Shown piece by piece: positions 53,738 to 55,242 of a stretch of DNA of 55,242 nucleotides. The DNA comes from a virus. How positions within the stretch are numbered: position 1 is the first letter of the stretch; each line of letters opens with the position of its first letter. The stretch is taken from IMG/VR virus record IMGVR_UViG_3300047160_036265, one strand, 5' to 3'. Both the position numbers and the translations under genes were made by a program. Below the pieces are notes generated by a model, which was given only the letters and a program-made list of their open reading frames with translations, had not been told where the DNA came from and did not search any database.

Positions 53738-53781
53738 GGCTTTCTGCCTTCCTCCAGGGTGCCACGGGCGACTACGAGGCT

Positions 53782-53810
53782 ATTGTAGAACGGGACTTCA
53801 TCGTTGTAAA
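53782..53810 (-). promoter_or_regulatory. promoter P13
   Basis: TTTACAACG + 17 nt + TACAAT. Confidence 0.65.
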
Positions 53811-53820
53811 GCCCGAAATA

Positions 53821-54798
53821 TCAGGTCAGCAGGTCGCTGATGGAGTCCTCATCGTGAATACGGCGGATCGCCTGGGCGAAAAGGCGGGTGGTGTTGATAA
53901 TCTTGACGTTTTTCATGACATCCTCGCTCAAGCGAAAGGGATGGATCGAGTCGGTAATGACGATGCGTTCGATACCGGCCAGATGTTCATTGGCCTTGCC
54001 CACGCACAGGGCATGAGCGGCGCAGACGCCCCATACCTGCCCGCCGTCCCGCTCCACAGCCCGCCTGGCCTCGAACATAGTCTTGGCACTGGCAATCATG
54101 TCGTCATATATAACTACGAGTTTATCCTTGACCTCGCCGCTGATCCGGTGGCCCCGGATAGTACGCCCGGCATGTTCTTTGTCCAACACGGCAACCTCTA
54201 TTTCCACGTCGAGGTACTGGCTGAGTTTATTGCGGAAATAGCGGCAACGAGGAGCGCTACCGCTGTCCGGGCCAAGGACGCAGAGCCGCTTGGGTTCGGC
54301 GCAGTTGTCCGCTACATAACGGGCAATCAGATTTTTGGCCTCAAGATGGTCGGTGGGAACGTCGAAGGAACACTGGAACGCCGCCAGGTTATGCACGTCC
54401 ATCGTCAGGATGCGGTCCACCCCGACACTCTGGAACAGGTACTTGATGTACTTCAGCGTGATCGGGGCACGGCTCTCCGTCTTGCGGTCTTGCCGTCCGT
54501 AGCAAAGGTAGGGAATGACCGCCGTGACCCGGCGGGCAGAGGCGTCCTTGAGACTGCCGATAAAAAACAGCAACTTGAGCAGTTTATCGGAAACGGACTC
54601 CTGGTTGCAAGAGTAAAGGGACTGAATTACGAACACGTCCGCCCCACGGACGTTGACGTTGGACCGGACGTAATACTCCGAGTCATCGAAGCAGGTTTCC
54701 TCGTGTTTGGCAAGGGAACCGTCAGGTCCAAGGTGCGTGGCGACCTGCTCGGCGTAAGCTGCCGTGCCGTGAAGTCCGAATAAACGTAATCCGTTCAC
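53821..54798 (-). CDS. prs: ribose-phosphate pyrophosphokinase (PRPP synthetase), GTG start
   Basis: LRLFGLHG..., RVTAVIPYLCYGRQDRK and VGVDRILTMDVH blocks. GTG with AAGGAG Shine-Dalgarno, overlapping the folD stop (GTGA). Confidence 0.8.
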   Translation of the reverse strand: MNGLRLFGLHGTAAYAEQVATHLGPDGSLAKHEETCFDDSEYYVRSNVNVRGADVFVIQSLYSCNQESVSDKLLKLLFFIGSLKDASARRVTAVIPYLCYGRQDRKTESRAPITLKYIKYLFQSVGVDRILTMDVHNLAAFQCSFDVPTDHLEAKNLIARYVADNCAEPKRLCVLGPDSGSAPRCRYFRNKLSQYLDVEIEVAVLDKEHAGRTIRGHRISGEVKDKLVVIYDDMIASAKTMFEARRAVERDGGQVWGVCAAHALCVGKANEHLAGIERIVITDSIHPFRLSEDVMKNVKIINTTRLFAQAIRRIHDEDSISDLLT

Positions 54799-55242
54799 TG
54801 TTGCTCCTTGGCTGCGTCCAGGGTGTTGCGAAGCAGCATCGTCACCGTCATGGGACCGACGCCACCGGGAACCGGGCTGATGGCCTCCACGATCTTCGAT
54901 ACCGCCGGGAAATCGACATCCCCCACCAGCTTCTTCCCCTCCAGACGGTTCACCCCCACATCTATCACCACCTGACCAGGCCGCACCATATCGGCGGTCA
55001 GAAAACCGGGTATGCCCACCGCCACCACAACAATGTCCGCCCCCAAGACGATCTCCCGCAGCAAGGGCGACGGCGTGCGATTGTGGCACACCGTCACCGT
55101 GGCGTTGGCATACTCATCATTATCTTGAATGAGCATACTGGACAAGGGCTTGCCCACCACGTTGCTGCGGTTGATGACCACCACCTTTTTCCCCGCAATG
55201 CCGATGCCGCTCCGGCGTAACATCTCTTGGATGCCGTGCGGA
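54795..55242 (-). CDS. folD: FolD methylenetetrahydrofolate dehydrogenase/cyclohydrolase (C-terminal part; N-terminus beyond the window)
   Basis: GKKVVVINRSNVVGKPL...ATVTVCH...ADIVVVAVG...VVIDVGVNR...PVPGGVGPMT, FolD blocks. The ORF runs off the window edge. Confidence 0.75.
   Translation of the reverse strand, partial: PHGIQEMLRRSGIGIAGKKVVVINRSNVVGKPLSSMLIQDNDEYANATVTVCHNRTPSPLLREIVLGADIVVVAVGIPGFLTADMVRPGQVVIDVGVNRLEGKKLVGDVDFPAVSKIVEAISPVPGGVGPMTVTMLLRNTLDAAKEQQ

Noticed and set aside
1-55242. Genetic-code reassignment (TAG as a sense codon) suggested by the suppressor tRNA
   Set aside because: All recognisable genes in the window are full-length under the standard code, and non-coding gaps show stops of all three kinds in every frame. 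If recoding exists, it is outside this window.
1-55242. CRISPR array or other regular tandem repeats
   Set aside because: No regularly spaced direct repeats seen. The repeated element is the dispersed promoter motif, not an array.

Overview
This 55.2 kb window is high-GC, and the genes are densely packed on the minus strand with many 4-8 nt overlaps (ATGA/GTGA/TGATG coupling). The only plus-strand gene I support is a csrA homologue.

The content looks like the non-structural (early/middle, accessory) region of a very large phage or phage-derived element in a high-GC, probably actinobacterial, host. An Mpa/ARC-type AAA ATPase, a leaderless mRNA and the GC content point to that host range. Phage hallmarks:
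- a T4 RnlA-like RNA ligase and two further ligase-family nucleotidyltransferases;
- three HNH endonucleases plus a fourth HNH-motif protein;
- a suppressor tRNA;
- a sigma-70 family sigma factor;
- a promoter-like element, TTTACAAC-N15-TAnAAT, repeated 13 times on the minus strand;
- four intrinsic terminators that bracket mono- or oligocistronic units, plus a fifth hairpin (13201-13233) that may be a terminator or a 5'-UTR structure.

The most unusual cargo is an ADP-ribosylation toolkit: a PARP-like enzyme (WGR plus H-Y-E catalytic domain), an ADP-ribosylglycohydrolase and a Nudix hydrolase, with PRPP synthetase and FolD at the window edge.

Other recognisable cargo:
- an RNA-repair set (RnlA-like, Rnl2-like, a PF09414-like ligase, a metallophosphoesterase);
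- an amber-suppressor tRNA(CUA) resembling tRNA-Trp with a one-base anticodon change;
- a HisRS-like catalytic-core protein, a GatB/YqeY-domain protein, a PurE-like protein and a RelA/SpoT-type HD (alarmone hydrolase) protein;
- two PAS histidine kinases, one of them a hybrid with a receiver domain;
- a proteolysis/unfoldase set: an Mpa/ARC homologue lacking the C-terminal GQYL motif, ClpX and an M50 site-2 protease;
- a GGCT-like protein.

Many ORF-track entries carry spurious N-terminal extensions from other frames. I re-anchored starts on internal ATG/GTG codons that have a Shine-Dalgarno sequence or are translationally coupled. Coordinates of non-coding elements are accurate to about ±3 nt. 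All functional calls are motif-based inference and need homology or structure searches to confirm.
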